64,000 bases of DNA, taken from positions 22,630,001 to 22,694,000 of the forward strand of contig NC_047033.1 of NCBI RefSeq assembly GCF_902652985.1, in the 5' to 3' direction. The notes under the pieces are model-generated. The model saw nothing but the letters and a program-made list of their open reading frames with translations, had not been told where the DNA came from and did not search any database. Source of the stretch: Pecten maximus (Eukaryota). Shown piece after piece: positions 51,906 through 64,000 of the stretch (positions are counted from its first letter, which is position 1; each line of letters begins with the position of its first letter). A program made the translations under genes and the position numbers.

Positions 51906-54255
51906 CAAACGTTCTTCTGTCCATTCCTTGTACATGTCGGTCATTTTAATTTCATGTTCATCTACTACATGCAAAATAGCAGATAGTAAGGTCCCTTCAC
52001 TAGATTCAGCCAAACTTGCCCCCGAACAACAATTTTTGAGAGTTCGTTTGCCATTTCTGTTTTCGCTGAATCCCTTTTATAGTGTTGTTTGGCCATAGAT
52101 TATTCTAATCGACATTGTATTGCATGTAAATCAACAGGTGGTGGTCGGTTGCAAAAATCTCAGATGATCATGTGTGTCTGTCAGAATGTTGATTTCCAGA
52201 CAATAACGTGAGAAAATATGGATTGATTTGAATGAAACTTTATTTGGCATAAGGTTATAAGGTAAGACCGAGTTGGATTGACTTTGGGGTCGAACGGTCA
52301 ACTACAAGGTACCTGTTGCTAAAATGAGATAATTTTCGTCAAATTTTGATTTTCAGATGATAACGTCAGAAAAGATTGATTAATTTGGTTGAAACTTCAT
52401 AGAATGATAGCTTGATTCATTATTTTTCTGTTTTTTTCCCCCATAGGTAACAAACATGTTTCAACAAACAATATTCCAGTGTATTACTCAGACCACCATT
52501 TCAGCAGCCATAAACATGTGTAAATAAACTCAAGGACATAATCACCCAATAGTCTACATCATCTACTCATCATATCATTGATCATCAATTGGCATGTCAA
52601 CAATACCAACATCTCATAGTACACATTGTATGTACTTCAGCTCATGGCATTTATTATGCATCCTTACCATAGTGTATAATATATCATGTTTATTGGTTGC
52701 CTCTATTTTCATTCCTTAATTAACTAGAACATATCAGTAAGACATAAATGTTCCCGCTGCAACACTAATTGGTGAGGATTACATCAGCAGTTCCTGAGTG
52801 TAGCTAGTTCGATTGCAGCGGGAGGCGAATCGACGCCACGTTACGGACATGGGTAACACTATATGCCCCCCTCCCCATCCCCCCCCCCCCTCCCCACCCA
52901 CCCCCTCCCCATCCCCCCCATTTCATGACGGGGCATACAAATCAAAACCCAAAACATTTACATTTTCAACAGGTATGCATTGTAAATTTTAAGTCATTTT
53001 ATATATTTATGGATTATATATTTCACAAATACTCCCAAGGCTGGTAAGGGTAATTCAAGTAAAACATCTGCTCAACACAGGACTCCAGTTTTTGTTTAGG
53101 AGTACCGCCAATACAATTTATTCAATAAATTACAAAGATGTAATGGGATGGAAATCAAACCAGTGATAAAAGTTATTTATTTTCGAGTACTCTGGCCAGG
53201 TAAATAGTTAAATGGAATAGTCCCAACTTCTTCTATTTGCATACCAAATCAAAAACGCGAACACAAAGGTCACTACAACTGAAATAATGTCACTGAAACT
53301 AGGTTTTCATCACTACATTTTCATTTCACGCTTATCATCATAGAATAGTTATTGTTAAATTATTGTTAACATGAGACAGCTGATCATTGCTATCAAGGTC
53401 TATGTTACATAGAAAACACAATTGACGGCAGTGGACGAGTGTTGCATGCAATACCAACTCTAAGCTTGTTTTTATTATGATACTCTGAAAAGTCCATCAA
53501 CACAAAAAATGTCATTATGAAATCATTAAGACAACTAAAAGTAAAAGACGGATGTCGACGTACTGTAACTATACATACACAGAAACGATCTATATCGCCA
53601 TACACACATTTAGTTACAATGGTTAGTTTAATCTCTAATCGGCCACAAAAACGAATCTAAACTTGTGTTACTGTTAACATTCCAACATCCTTGTTCCAAG
53701 ACCCGCCTCCTTAAGATAAAATAACATTAAACTCCATTTATGCTAGGTAGATACAATAAAAAGTAAATCGCAGGAGGGCCATTATATCTTTGATTTACTG
53801 TAAATTAACATTTCATTTTGGTTTTACAACATGTAAACAAGGAAAATATGAAGATATATGAACATATCTTTAGGATGCAATTGGCAACATATCAATGATT
53901 TGCATATGTATTTGAAAGTATTTATTACAAACGTTTTGTAAACTGGACATAGGAAAGGCAACTTATGCGCGTTGTGATGCACGATATCAATGACACATTC
54001 CAAAACTCAGACTTCTTACCTTGACCAAGTGCACGTCCTGTTCGGGTAAAAAGCACGATAGATATTGATATTTATGAAAGGATAGTAAAAATAACGCTGT
54101 ATCATTAAGATGAAAACATTCAATTGCGTTGGTTCTGTCTGTGTTTTCTCTATTAGCTTAGCCTTGTATATAATAGAGTTGGGACTACATCCCCTCTCAA
54201 GTGGAAAATATGTATATCTTTTAGCATCCGATATGATATCATCCGTTTTTGTGGA

Positions 54256-54265
54256 TCTCGCGAGA
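54256..54265. promoter_or_regulatory. TCTCGCGAGA palindrome (BANP/M8-type promoter motif)
   Basis: Exact 10-mer, about 240 bp from a strong minus-strand donor AAG|GTAAGA at 54020/54019. Function here is inferred. Confidence 0.35.
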
Positions 54266-56919
54266 CCAAAACTGATACAAAACAGATGACCTCATGAATA
54301 AAATCTATATGTTTACATTAAAATATCTACGGAGGGATTGAGGATACCGGAACCACTCACAACAATTGATAGGAGAGTTTGCCCCTTAATACCTCGTGTT
54401 GGTCGGTTGTGTAGGGTAGTACTGTTTCCAAACGATTTCACATATCAGCTCGGTTATGGTGCTAGAGTGAAGGTTTACAGAAACATACAAGATGCTTATA
54501 TAGGGTGTCTACTCCCAACTGGTGCTACAAAGACAAAGATCGATGTTTGTCAGTGAGAGGCGGATATCCACGGTTGATTGCATTATGCTGCGATACACCT
54601 GTCGGATACTGTTGAAATTATGCTTTTCACGTGGAAATCACCATTCCAACCAATAACTTAAGTATCGCTTCCGGTAATGGATGTTATTTTTGTACGAGAA
54701 AAATTGTGTTGCCTTATGGTATTGAACATCGGCTAGGTCAGTCATTGGTAACATGCATTCCACTAATACATTAAACCGAAACGGAGGATTGTATTGACTC
54801 TAACGATAGAGGTTATGACGTTAGTTATACATTCTTAACGGCTCATCAACACTTCGGTGGTAATTAGGGCCAAAAAGGGCGGGCAAAAAGTTTGGGTAGG
54901 ATGGGCAAAAGACGAAACGATATCAAACAAGCGAAACATGTAAATATGTATTGGTACACTCATGATCAATTTAAAAAAATGATATGGTTACTCAAATCTT
55001 GTGGTACAAACCAACAACTTTTAGATACCAACATATTTCAAAAGAACATTTAGACATGATATGCTGTTGTAAAAACTCTTTCCTGTAAGTTGCAGTTCAC
55101 TTCAATCCAGTAAAAATAATTGCATTCGAAAATGTTAACATACAAAATTATAAACCATCTGAAGGCCGTCGGTTCATACCACAAGATATGATTAACAATA
55201 GCCACATTATTTTGATATCATGCACGTGTGTTTACCTATTTAGTTCACCATTTATTGACCCTAATGATGCATAAGGTGTTGAATTATTATAATGTTTATA
55301 TATTCTTATATATAAACGACTATTTATTAGTAATGAATAGGGGATAGCGAAATTACATTTTCCGAATTTGCCGTTACCCCCCCCCCCCCCCCCCCCCCCC
55401 TCATTTTAATGTAAACTTCATTCATTTTAAGATCAATGTAAACATCTTACATTAATCACGAACCTTGATACCTCATACCTTTCCACGTACTGTCGCGGAA
55501 TCGAACACTGGCCGCCTAGTTGAAATCCTCCGTTTGTGTTTTTCAATGTAATGCATCATTTTCAAACCAATTATACTCATTAAACACAATGGTTACTTTT
55601 TGTTCACTAACAAAGTTGGCCTACGGATCCGGATTGGTTAAGGAATATCGGCCGTAATGATGGCATTTTAGAGACGGTAATGACTTTAAGGATGTCGAAA
55701 TGATGGATGTTTATGAATTAAGCTTTCTAAGATTAACCATTAATTTCCAGCAAGGTTAGGGGATCTGCTGGTGACGATAGCTAGACTCAATATCGTTGTT
55801 AATGCACTACTGTCTTTCTTCAACATTTTGTGCTGTCAGTTAAAAGTACGTGGATCGCTGAAAGCAACTCGAATAGTGCAGCCAATGTCAGCTAGAAAAC
55901 ACAAGCAATAACACCCTAATCGATTCTAGGACAAATTGAGAAATGTTCCAGGAACATATCGCCTTGTTTAAAAAAAGATCCGCATATTAATACATTGAGT
56001 AATTGTAACTTTATATCCCACAGATACCCTTAGGAGTCACATGCTTCCTGGCCGCGAACAATCACCTAGAATACTTGCCACAGAGCGTCTGGCGCTACAC
56101 TTCCGGCAACTTGAAAATAAATCGTTTTGTTGAAACCAAACTCGTTTTGCAATATCATCGGGGAAGTTTATTATCAAATCAGAAAAAAAACAATATGCCG
56201 AGTACAAATGGTTTGATAGACGTAATTACATGTGAACCACGTGGAAGATACGGGCATATTAAAAAAGAGGGTAACCACGTCAAAATGTGCTCGAATATAA
56301 ATGCTACGTTATCTCAAGCAGACTGAAAATTCCATTTGCTGGCGCTCTAAAATCGTGTCCGAAAAATATGTCAACTGTCCTATGTATCAACACTCGATGT
56401 ATCTAGGCATCAATGGCAGCCAGTGCTATACATAAAGGCTTCATTACTGCATCATTACAAAATATAGGCACGCAACTTCATGCGTTTATGTGCGAGTTGA
56501 AGCTACAAAAGGACTGAACGTCGTCTACTGTCAACTTCATTTAAACAGAGGCTATGTTAACGAATATTGTCTAAATGATATATTTATACTGACCTACCGA
56601 TTTTACACCCAAAACATTTCTTTGTACCAAGTCAAACGACCTGACCTGCAAGTGGAACGAAGATATAGTACATGCTGTCCTTAGTATAACATTTCGAGGA
56701 GGTTTGGTTATATATTGTTTAAAGTCCTATCAACAGCTATGGTCATTCAAGGACGGCCTGTGCACGTGATTGCGAGCGTTTGTGTTTAAGATGCGAATAA
56801 TTCTGAATTACTTCCTTTTTCTTCAATCTACTTTAATTTCTTCATTTTACCGATTTTAAACCATTTGTAATTTAATCTTTATCATCACAGTGGAAGAATG
56901 AATGAAATATATTGTAGAT

Positions 56920-57670
56920 GATAAATTACACCCCATTAAAGCAAACATCGGTAAATGGTATCCTTGCTACAGAGAAGATCGCCGAGACGAGGTTGTCCTT
57001 GCCCGTCTTAGAATGTGCCATACATATGTAACGCATTCTAACTTATTGAATCCCGAGGATCAGCTTCAATACATCGCGTGCAGTGAACCATTTACCGTTA
57101 AACACTTTTTAAGGAATTGAATTGGTCTACAACTTTTCAAAATTGTATATAAAACGAATCGAACTAAGATTTGAGTAACCATGGTCACTTTTTCATTTTA
57201 AACTCTTCTTGAGTGTACCAATATGTATGTTTCATTTGTTTGGTGTTGTTTCGTCTTTTGCACATTTTACGCATACTTTTTACTCATTACTACTATTTTT
57301 GTTTGCCCTAGTGCATACTGCCGAATAAACCCACCAGATTTTGCGTTAAGAATATAATAGTAATTAGAAAATATAATGTATTGTAATATTGGTTTGGTTT
57401 TATTTTGTTTATCACCCTATCAACACCTAAGGTGCATTAAGGACACTTCCCCTGTGTGCAGATGTATGCGTAAAGCGTATGGATTGCATTGATCTACAGC
57501 CTATGAAACGGTTCTTAAAACATCATAACATGTCTAAATGTTCTTTTCAAATCTGTTAGCAAATCTAAAACTTTGAACTTTCTTAAAGCTGTTGGTCTGT
57601 GCAACATAATTCGTTTGTGTGATGTTATTTCGTTTGAACCATTTTTTTAAATACATTTTTTGGCCCTATT
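56920..57670 (+). mobile_element. I/Nimb-clade LINE 3' end, interrupted at about 57115-57480
   Basis: KLHPIKANIGKWYPCYREDRRDEVVLARLRMCHTYVTHSNLL...CSEPFTVKHFL, resuming at 'gattgcattgatcta' near 57482. Confidence 0.8.
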
Positions 57671-58289
57671 GACATGTACAGGATGCTGAGACATTCAGAG
57701 TGTAATAACTAATATTATTCAAAATGTTCGTCTGTTGGCCTTTTTGCTTGATGGTCACTTTTCAACTGCAATATGCACAACTGGCAACATAGGAGAACTT
57801 ACATGCAGAAATAGAGGAAGATTAATGATAACCTTTCTGAGAAACAGCAATAACAACGTTCAGTGACGAAATGACGCAATGACGAAAGCCAATATGAACT
57901 GTCCACTATCATCCCACCATCTGATAGATACACAATTTTTTACTAATTAAGGTGAGGGGGGGGGGGGGGGGGGGGGGGGGGACCGTTTTTCTTGATTTGA
58001 AATAGTTATTTTCCGAGTCCATGGACGATTTTACAGCCAACAATTTACTTGACGAGTTTATGATTGGTCGTTATGCCGGGACGCGAGTCTATCACCATAG
58101 AAACCTATGTGGACAGCTGTTATCGCTTTTTCGCACGATACTGTCAGCGCAACATCAATGAGTATAAAAATAGACAACCAATTTTGTTACGGAGCTAACT
58201 CAATATATAGGAATGTGTGCGTTTTATTGTCTTTTAGATGGCACTATTGACAACCCAATTCATTACCGCCAAATTGTGTGTCGTTCAGT

Positions 58290-58680
58290 TTCGTTTTATT
58301 CAATATTGCTTAATGTCCCTTCAATAGCTATGGTCGTTTAAAAAATTCGTGTCCTGTCTGCGATATGCATTTGTGTTGTGAGTGTTTGTTTTGAGAGGCT
58401 GCAGTATATTCGGGTTGTTCTATTTCTGAAGACGCCCAACATGATACTCCTACCGGTCACATTAATACTGACCACTGGCGAACCAGTCGCCCTACTCCTA
58501 AAATGCTGGGCGTTAAGCAGGAGTAGAAGCTACCATTTTTAAAAGACTGGTATGTCGGACAAAGACAGAACACAGAGCCTTCCTCGCATAGACGAACGCT
58601 CCACTAATCGTTAAAGGGAGACAGTGTCACGGGAGACATTAGGAAAAGAAAATATGTAGAAAGAAGGGAAAACTATTTAA
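58290..58680 (-). mobile_element. Meta-SINE-like copy
   Basis: 'ccggtcacattaatactgaccactggcgaaccagtcg' and 'agacagaacacagagccttcctc'. Confidence 0.72.
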
Positions 58681-59080
58681 AGTCAGTCCTGGTGATTACT
58701 AATAGAACATTGTAATACCATCTATAAAGACATATATAAAGATCTGTACAGTTGCTGTTGAACATCTATTTAGATTCGATTCTCTGACCACCGTTCACAG
58801 CATAGTAGATATGATTTCGCAAGCATACGTGCTTATTAGTCTGCCTTCTGGTGTTAATAAAATATGAGCCGACGAATATATATTTTGCTCTAAAATGGCA
58901 AGAGACAAAATGATATTTCAATTTCAAAATTATTTTCTATGCTTGTCTGCTGCTATTTCCAGACATTCTTATCAACTGCAGGGTTGTCAACACTAAGCAG
59001 GTTCTTAGGTTATTGAGGAACAAAACCAGAATTTTAATTCTCGAAACAGCAAGGATCACGACATCCACACGGCAAAATAC

Positions 59081-59948
59081 AACAAGTGCAATCAATGATT
59101 GCGAAAGCTCACCGGCGGCAGCAATCACGCTATGCATTCATTCTTTATATATGTATAAGCATGTCATTTTAAAATTGTACGTCACATAATATCGCGTCTA
59201 GACCTCTAATGGATGTATAAACCAAATAAGAAGGGTGTGGACTTACAAGCTTTCAAAAACTTACCCCCAAAATCTTTAGAGATGTTTTTTGTGTCAAACA
59301 AATTAAGTCCCTTAAATGGTAAAATGCCAAAACAATCACAATATTTTTCGGCATGATTTTGCCATAACATCACTCTTGGACATCTAATAAATTCATAAAC
59401 CAATTTTGAAGGGCATGAGGTGTATACTTTTGGACTTACCCTCAAAACTTTAAAGTGGATTTTGGTGCTAAAAAAATTAAGTTCACAAAAAGGTAAAATG
59501 CGAAAAAATCACAATTTTTTTCTGCATGATTTTGCCATAACATCACTCCTAGACCTCTAATGAATATATAAACCAAATTGGAAGGGTGTGAGGTGTATAC
59601 TTTTGGACTTAAAAGCTCCAAAAACTGATCCCAAAAACTTTAAAGTGGATTTTGGTTCTATAAAAGTTAAGTCCACAAAATGGTAAAATGCGAAAAAATC
59701 ACAATTTTTTTCTGCATGATTTTGCCATAACACCACTCCTAGACCTCTCTCATGAATCTATAAACCAAATTAGATGGGTGTGAGGTGTATACTTTAAGAC
59801 TTAAAAGTTTTCCAAAAACTGATCCCAAAAACCTTAAAGTAGGGGTTGGACGCTGACGCCGACGCAAACGCCGACGCCGACGCGGACGCCGACGCGGACG
59901 CCGGGGTGATAGCATTAGCTCTCGGTAACTCGTAACCGGTGAGCTAAA
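59081..59948 (+). mobile_element. Complete Helentron-associated element (HINE) with internal ~180-bp tandem repeats
   Basis: 5' aacaag box with palindrome gcaatcaatgattgc. 10-bp subterminal IR agctcaccgg (59106) / ccggtgagct (59936). About 3.6 internal repeats starting near 59199, 59378, 59550 and 59740. (GACGCS)n microsatellite and a 3' hairpin ending gagctaaaa. Confidence 0.85.
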
Positions 59949-60455
59949 AACGGCAAGTCACCATAACAGCATGGCAAAATAAAAATAAAAACAGCAAGAG
60001 TAACCATAGCAGCAACGCAAAATACAAAACAGCAAGGGTCACAACAACCGCATGGCAAAATACAAAACAGCAAGGGTCACAACAACTGCATGGCAAAATA
60101 CAATAGCAAGGGTCACAACAACCGCATGGCAAAATACAATAGCAAGGGTCACAGCAACCGCATGGCAAAATACAATAGCAAGGGTCACAACAAGCGCATG
60201 GCAAAATACAATAGCAAGGGTAACGACAAATGCATGGCAAAATACTAACAGCAAGGGTAACGACAAATGCATGGCAAAATAAAAAACAGCAAGGGTATCG
60301 ACAAATGCATGGTTAAATACAAACAGCAAGGGTGACGACAAATGCATGGCAAAATGCTAACAGCAGGGGAAACGACAAATGCATGGCAAAATACAAAGCA
60401 GCAAGGGTCAAGACAGGCGTTTAAAAATACAAACAGCAATAGTAACCACAAGCGC
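59949..60455. repeat. ~36-bp minisatellite, about 13 copies
   Basis: Unit gcatggcaaaatacaatagcaagggtcacaacaacc. Confidence 0.92.
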
Positions 60456-60593
60456 ATTGCAATATATCAAGAGTCCAAATATATTGAATTACGCTTCTTT
60501 GTATCACGCCTTCCAGAATTTTGCATTAGTTAAAAGTCTATTTCTAGTTTTGTGTTGTTCGCCTCCTATTATCGACACTTTTGTTCCGTATAA

Positions 60594-60640
60594 TAGCATC
60601 ACTGACGAGTTCTTAAAGGTCGATACGGCTGTATGAGCTA
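60594..60640 (+). ncRNA. Degenerate minimal type-I hammerhead ribozyme
   Basis: tagcatca-CTGACGA-gttc ttaaa ggtc-GATA-c ggct g-TA-tgagcta. Stem I arms pair, and the GAAA box is mutated to GATA. Confidence 0.5.
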
Positions 60641-61679
60641 CCATAATTCATTTTTGCTTTACTTTATCTATCTCAATCTGTTTAAAAAGTTGGCTATAAC
60701 TCGTACGTCTCCCAAAAATTGCAATAGATAATTTCTTTTCCTTTTACAACCCTTGCGTAAATATTCTATAAAAAGAGCTATATTAATCACTCTTGTTTGC
60801 CATATGGAAGCAGAGGAAACAGAAGATAACCAAGGAGGAAGGTCGGAAGGTGGCCCTATACCCTTTTCAAGTCCGGTCAGAGAATCGGACTCAAATCCCT
60901 TACGTGGAAAGCGAGTACGCTACCACCTTATCGATTGTGGCAGATGAAAAATGTTCTATTAAAAGAACCAGAAGATAAACGACATCTTCACATTATTTGG
61001 TTTGATTTTGGCTTTTCGTTGATAATTATTTATTGTTAATCGTTCTGTTAACAGCTATGGTCAATACAGGATGACCTCCCCTGTAAGAGAGATGCGTTTG
61101 TATTTTTGTTGAATTGCGTTTTCTTTTTAAAGAAAATCTACATTAGAATATTTATTCTGTGCTGATCAAATTAACGTACACCCGGGCAGCGCAAGACTAA
61201 AGCAAAACATGGCTTTTTTTTTATTCCTTGATCTAATGCATAATATCGACTACATTTTAACCTTCCTGAAATATATCTAATACAACAAGAATCAATAATG
61301 ATGAGCGAACGAGCAGAAAATTGAACGCAAAACTGCTGGAAAGGCATCTGTACTAATTGTATTATAATATATATATAACTAACAATATCTTTATAATTGT
61401 ACTGTACCACTATTTCATCTCGTCTTTGATGCTAGGGACCATAAACGAAACAATTTCATTGATTTAATATTTTTCGGAAATTAGAGTGCCGGGAAAACAT
61501 TTAACGTGATATGTCAGGTTCTGCCATCTGAACTGCCTAAAATCTTAACTCAACAACTGAAATTTGTTCTCTATAACAAAAATATCTAAAGCTGAATTAC
61601 TCTGATCTAACACATATTGTATGACTGTTATGCAATCAATTAGCTTGTAATAAATGGTTACACGTGACTGTACCCAGGA

Positions 61680-61921
61680 TGACCAATAATCATTATGCTT
61701 TGCGCCGCCCGCCGTGAGTAAACTTTTCACATTTCAAAGTTCTTCTCATGTTCCACTAGTTGGATTCAGCTGAAAGTTACCTGAAATAATTCTGAAATAG
61801 TTCTTACCAAATGTTGTTTTACAAATTGTTTTCAGTGCCACTACTACTGAGTATCACAATTTTATTATACTAAGTTCTGTTGAAGTCAGAGGACCGTTAA
61901 AGGCCCATGGGCCTCTTGTTT
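61680..61921 (-). mobile_element. HINE remnant
   Basis: Ends in ggcccatgggcctcttgtt, the reverse complement of the typical AACAAGAGGCCCATGGGCC 5' box. Confidence 0.65.
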
Positions 61922-63069
61922 TAAATATTTCGTTTGTTCGTCAGTTTCATGCATTTTGTTGTTTTGCCATAAAACACTTCAACAGTGGCAGGCATTAAAA
62001 CTATGCCAAACAAAACCCAAACTATAAATAAGGATGTAGTGGTGTCTGGTATTTCAACATATATAAGCATTATCAAATTCCGGAATATTTTGCTGTTTTC
62101 TATATCGATAAACACAAAACAACTAGTTTATTTGTTTTGTTGCAACGCTAAAATTAAGCTTGCAATATTCTTATTTGAACTACACATTAATGTGGAAAGA
62201 CAGATTAGATCACGGGGTTGGACAAATTCAAGATTTTCTGAACTCCTCCGCTAGTAATTACTATGGTATGTTACAGACCTGTTAACAAACGGTTACAGCA
62301 TTTGCCTACATATCTAGGCGTGGTCTGAATGTGCTTCACATTTGTCAGTAATTCAAACATTTAACGTTCTTCACTCTTAATTCAAGATTGGCAGAACTAC
62401 GTGTGGAGTTATGCACATTACTCTAAAGTTATATCATACTTAAACACCACATTATTGTAGATTCCAAACATATGGAGCGAATTACGTTCATCTCGATATA
62501 TTATGGATTGCATATGTTTTGTGCATTTTTTAATGATTTTGTACTGTTTTACGAATTATAGTCAAAAAGTCAGTTAGTGTGAAACAAAACAACAACATAT
62601 AAGATATCAAATAAACGTTTTGTAGAATTTATAAATTTGCTTCTGTAGGAACAATCTCGTCCTTGATTTTAAGCAGCTAGTGGGAAAACCCGTCATTTAT
62701 CGCCAATCGCTAATCCAATCAACCTCCAAAGTCATACAAGTTTGTTTTGTATTTGTTTTAGTTGTATCTATAAAAAGTAACCTATTCTAATCGACCTTTG
62801 TCCGTCGTTGTACGTCTTGCGTCCGTAAAAATTCATGTTTTGCGACTTCTGTCCAGAAACTCCTTAATCAATTTCAATGCTTTCTTGGAGAATTCGTCCA
62901 TTGCCAAGGGTCAACCAAAATTGTAAATAACCCCAAGAGGACTGAGGTGTGGGGCCAAAAGAGGTTTGCCCTGAGGAGGGGTGAACTTTACTATAGTTCA
63001 TAAAGGGAAATCCCATTTTTGATTATTTTTTGTTTGATTTCTGTTTGCATTTATTCTTACTTGGTTTCT

Positions 63070-63243
63070 GCCCTGCAGGTAGGGCGTAGGGCGTAAGAAT
63101 TGTACCTGCTGCCCCTATTGCATGATCGTAAGAGGCGACTAAACCTGGAATCTTTTCTTTTCTTTCTGAACAACTTTCTTCTACCTAATGTCTCCCTTGA
63201 CAATGCCTCACTTTTGGCCTTTAGTTGAGCGTTCGCCGCTGTG
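63070..63243 (+). mobile_element. 5' leader plus partial tRNA head of the Meta-SINE-like family, within a HINE-like remnant
   Basis: gccctgcaggtagggc...tacctgc...gcatgatcgtaagaggcgactaaa...ggcctttagttgagcgttcgcc. Homologous to 23703 and to the reverse complement of 40717. Confidence 0.75.
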
Positions 63244-64000
63244 TTCTCCTCAAGACCCAAATAAGGTAAAATCAAATATTCTTCATAGATGGAAGTATCT
63301 TAAGGTGTAACCAAAGGTTTTTACCAAAATTGTGAATTTTGTGACCATGGCATCTAACGTTTGCCGTTAGGGATTTGTTATTTGTTTTATTTCTAGTGGT
63401 GTTCATTCTTACTAGGTTAACATTATCGGCGTGGGATGGCAAATTTCATGTGACTGTTCAGGCCCATTCTAGGTGTCTCCCCGTCCTCGTATGACCCTGG
63501 TTGTTGCGACGACGTTTATCTCCTTAAACAAAAAAACAAAAAAACAATCATGCAGTTGGGGCAACAGGAATAATTCCTACGTCGCACCTGCAGTGCATCC
63601 CAAGCATTATAAAGAGAGTTACCAAAAACGATAAGACCACCCAATAGGGTATTATAGTACTATTATGTGAGTGTAATAATATATATTACATGTTTCGTTT
63701 GCTCGACGTTTCTTCGTTGTTTGCCCATTTTGATGGGCCGTTTAGAATTGATAACTCCTTATCTAACGTACCGACTACAACTCACATCACAGATACGTAA
63801 TGTAAAGATTTGCCTGTTTGTTGACGGGAAATGTGCTTTAAGACAGTTTTGAACAGTTCCCGTAATTGTGATCATATCAATGTAGGCCACTAATGAAATA
63901 TATCATTGAAAATCATTAAGGACCAAGGAATGCTAACGAAGGATGTTATCTCACGTTGTTGATTTGATAAACTTATCACGTTCCATCGTGAAGAAGTCAT

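Noticed and set aside
59944-60457. Cys-rich metallothionein/keratin-associated-like ORFs (CCDPCYCILPCG)n
   Set aside because: They result from a 36-bp repeat that is open in several frames on both strands. There are frameshifts between units and no splice or start context.

Overview
AT-rich eukaryotic DNA with spliceosomal introns. The repeat content (tRNA-head SINEs, Helentron-type HINEs, I/Nimb-like LINEs, Kolobok-like ends) points to a mollusc, probably a bivalve; that is an inference. The one well-supported protein-coding gene is a minus-strand receptor tyrosine kinase of the Trk/MuSK/ROR superfamily that runs off the left edge. Four phase-compatible exons (3415-3555, 2528-2640, 848-1193, 320-484) encode a 6-Cys EGF-like module, a stalk, a TM helix, an NPTY motif and kinase subdomains I-IV. 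A probable signal-peptide exon (4054-4363) joins only if one base is removed, most plausibly from an A8 run. The rest is mostly decayed transposons: two Tc1/mariner copies, hAT, Harbinger, a Kolobok-like element, I/Nimb, RTE and Tx1/L1 fragments, SINEs and HINEs. Several minisatellites grew inside these elements. There is no CRISPR array, rRNA, intact tRNA or prokaryotic system. The best leads are the EGF-ectodomain RTK with its frameshift, a SINE family with a structured 5' leader ahead of a defective tRNA head, long hairpin elements, a degenerate hammerhead ribozyme and a possible 3-exon 75-aa microprotein. All calls were made by eye, with no database searches.
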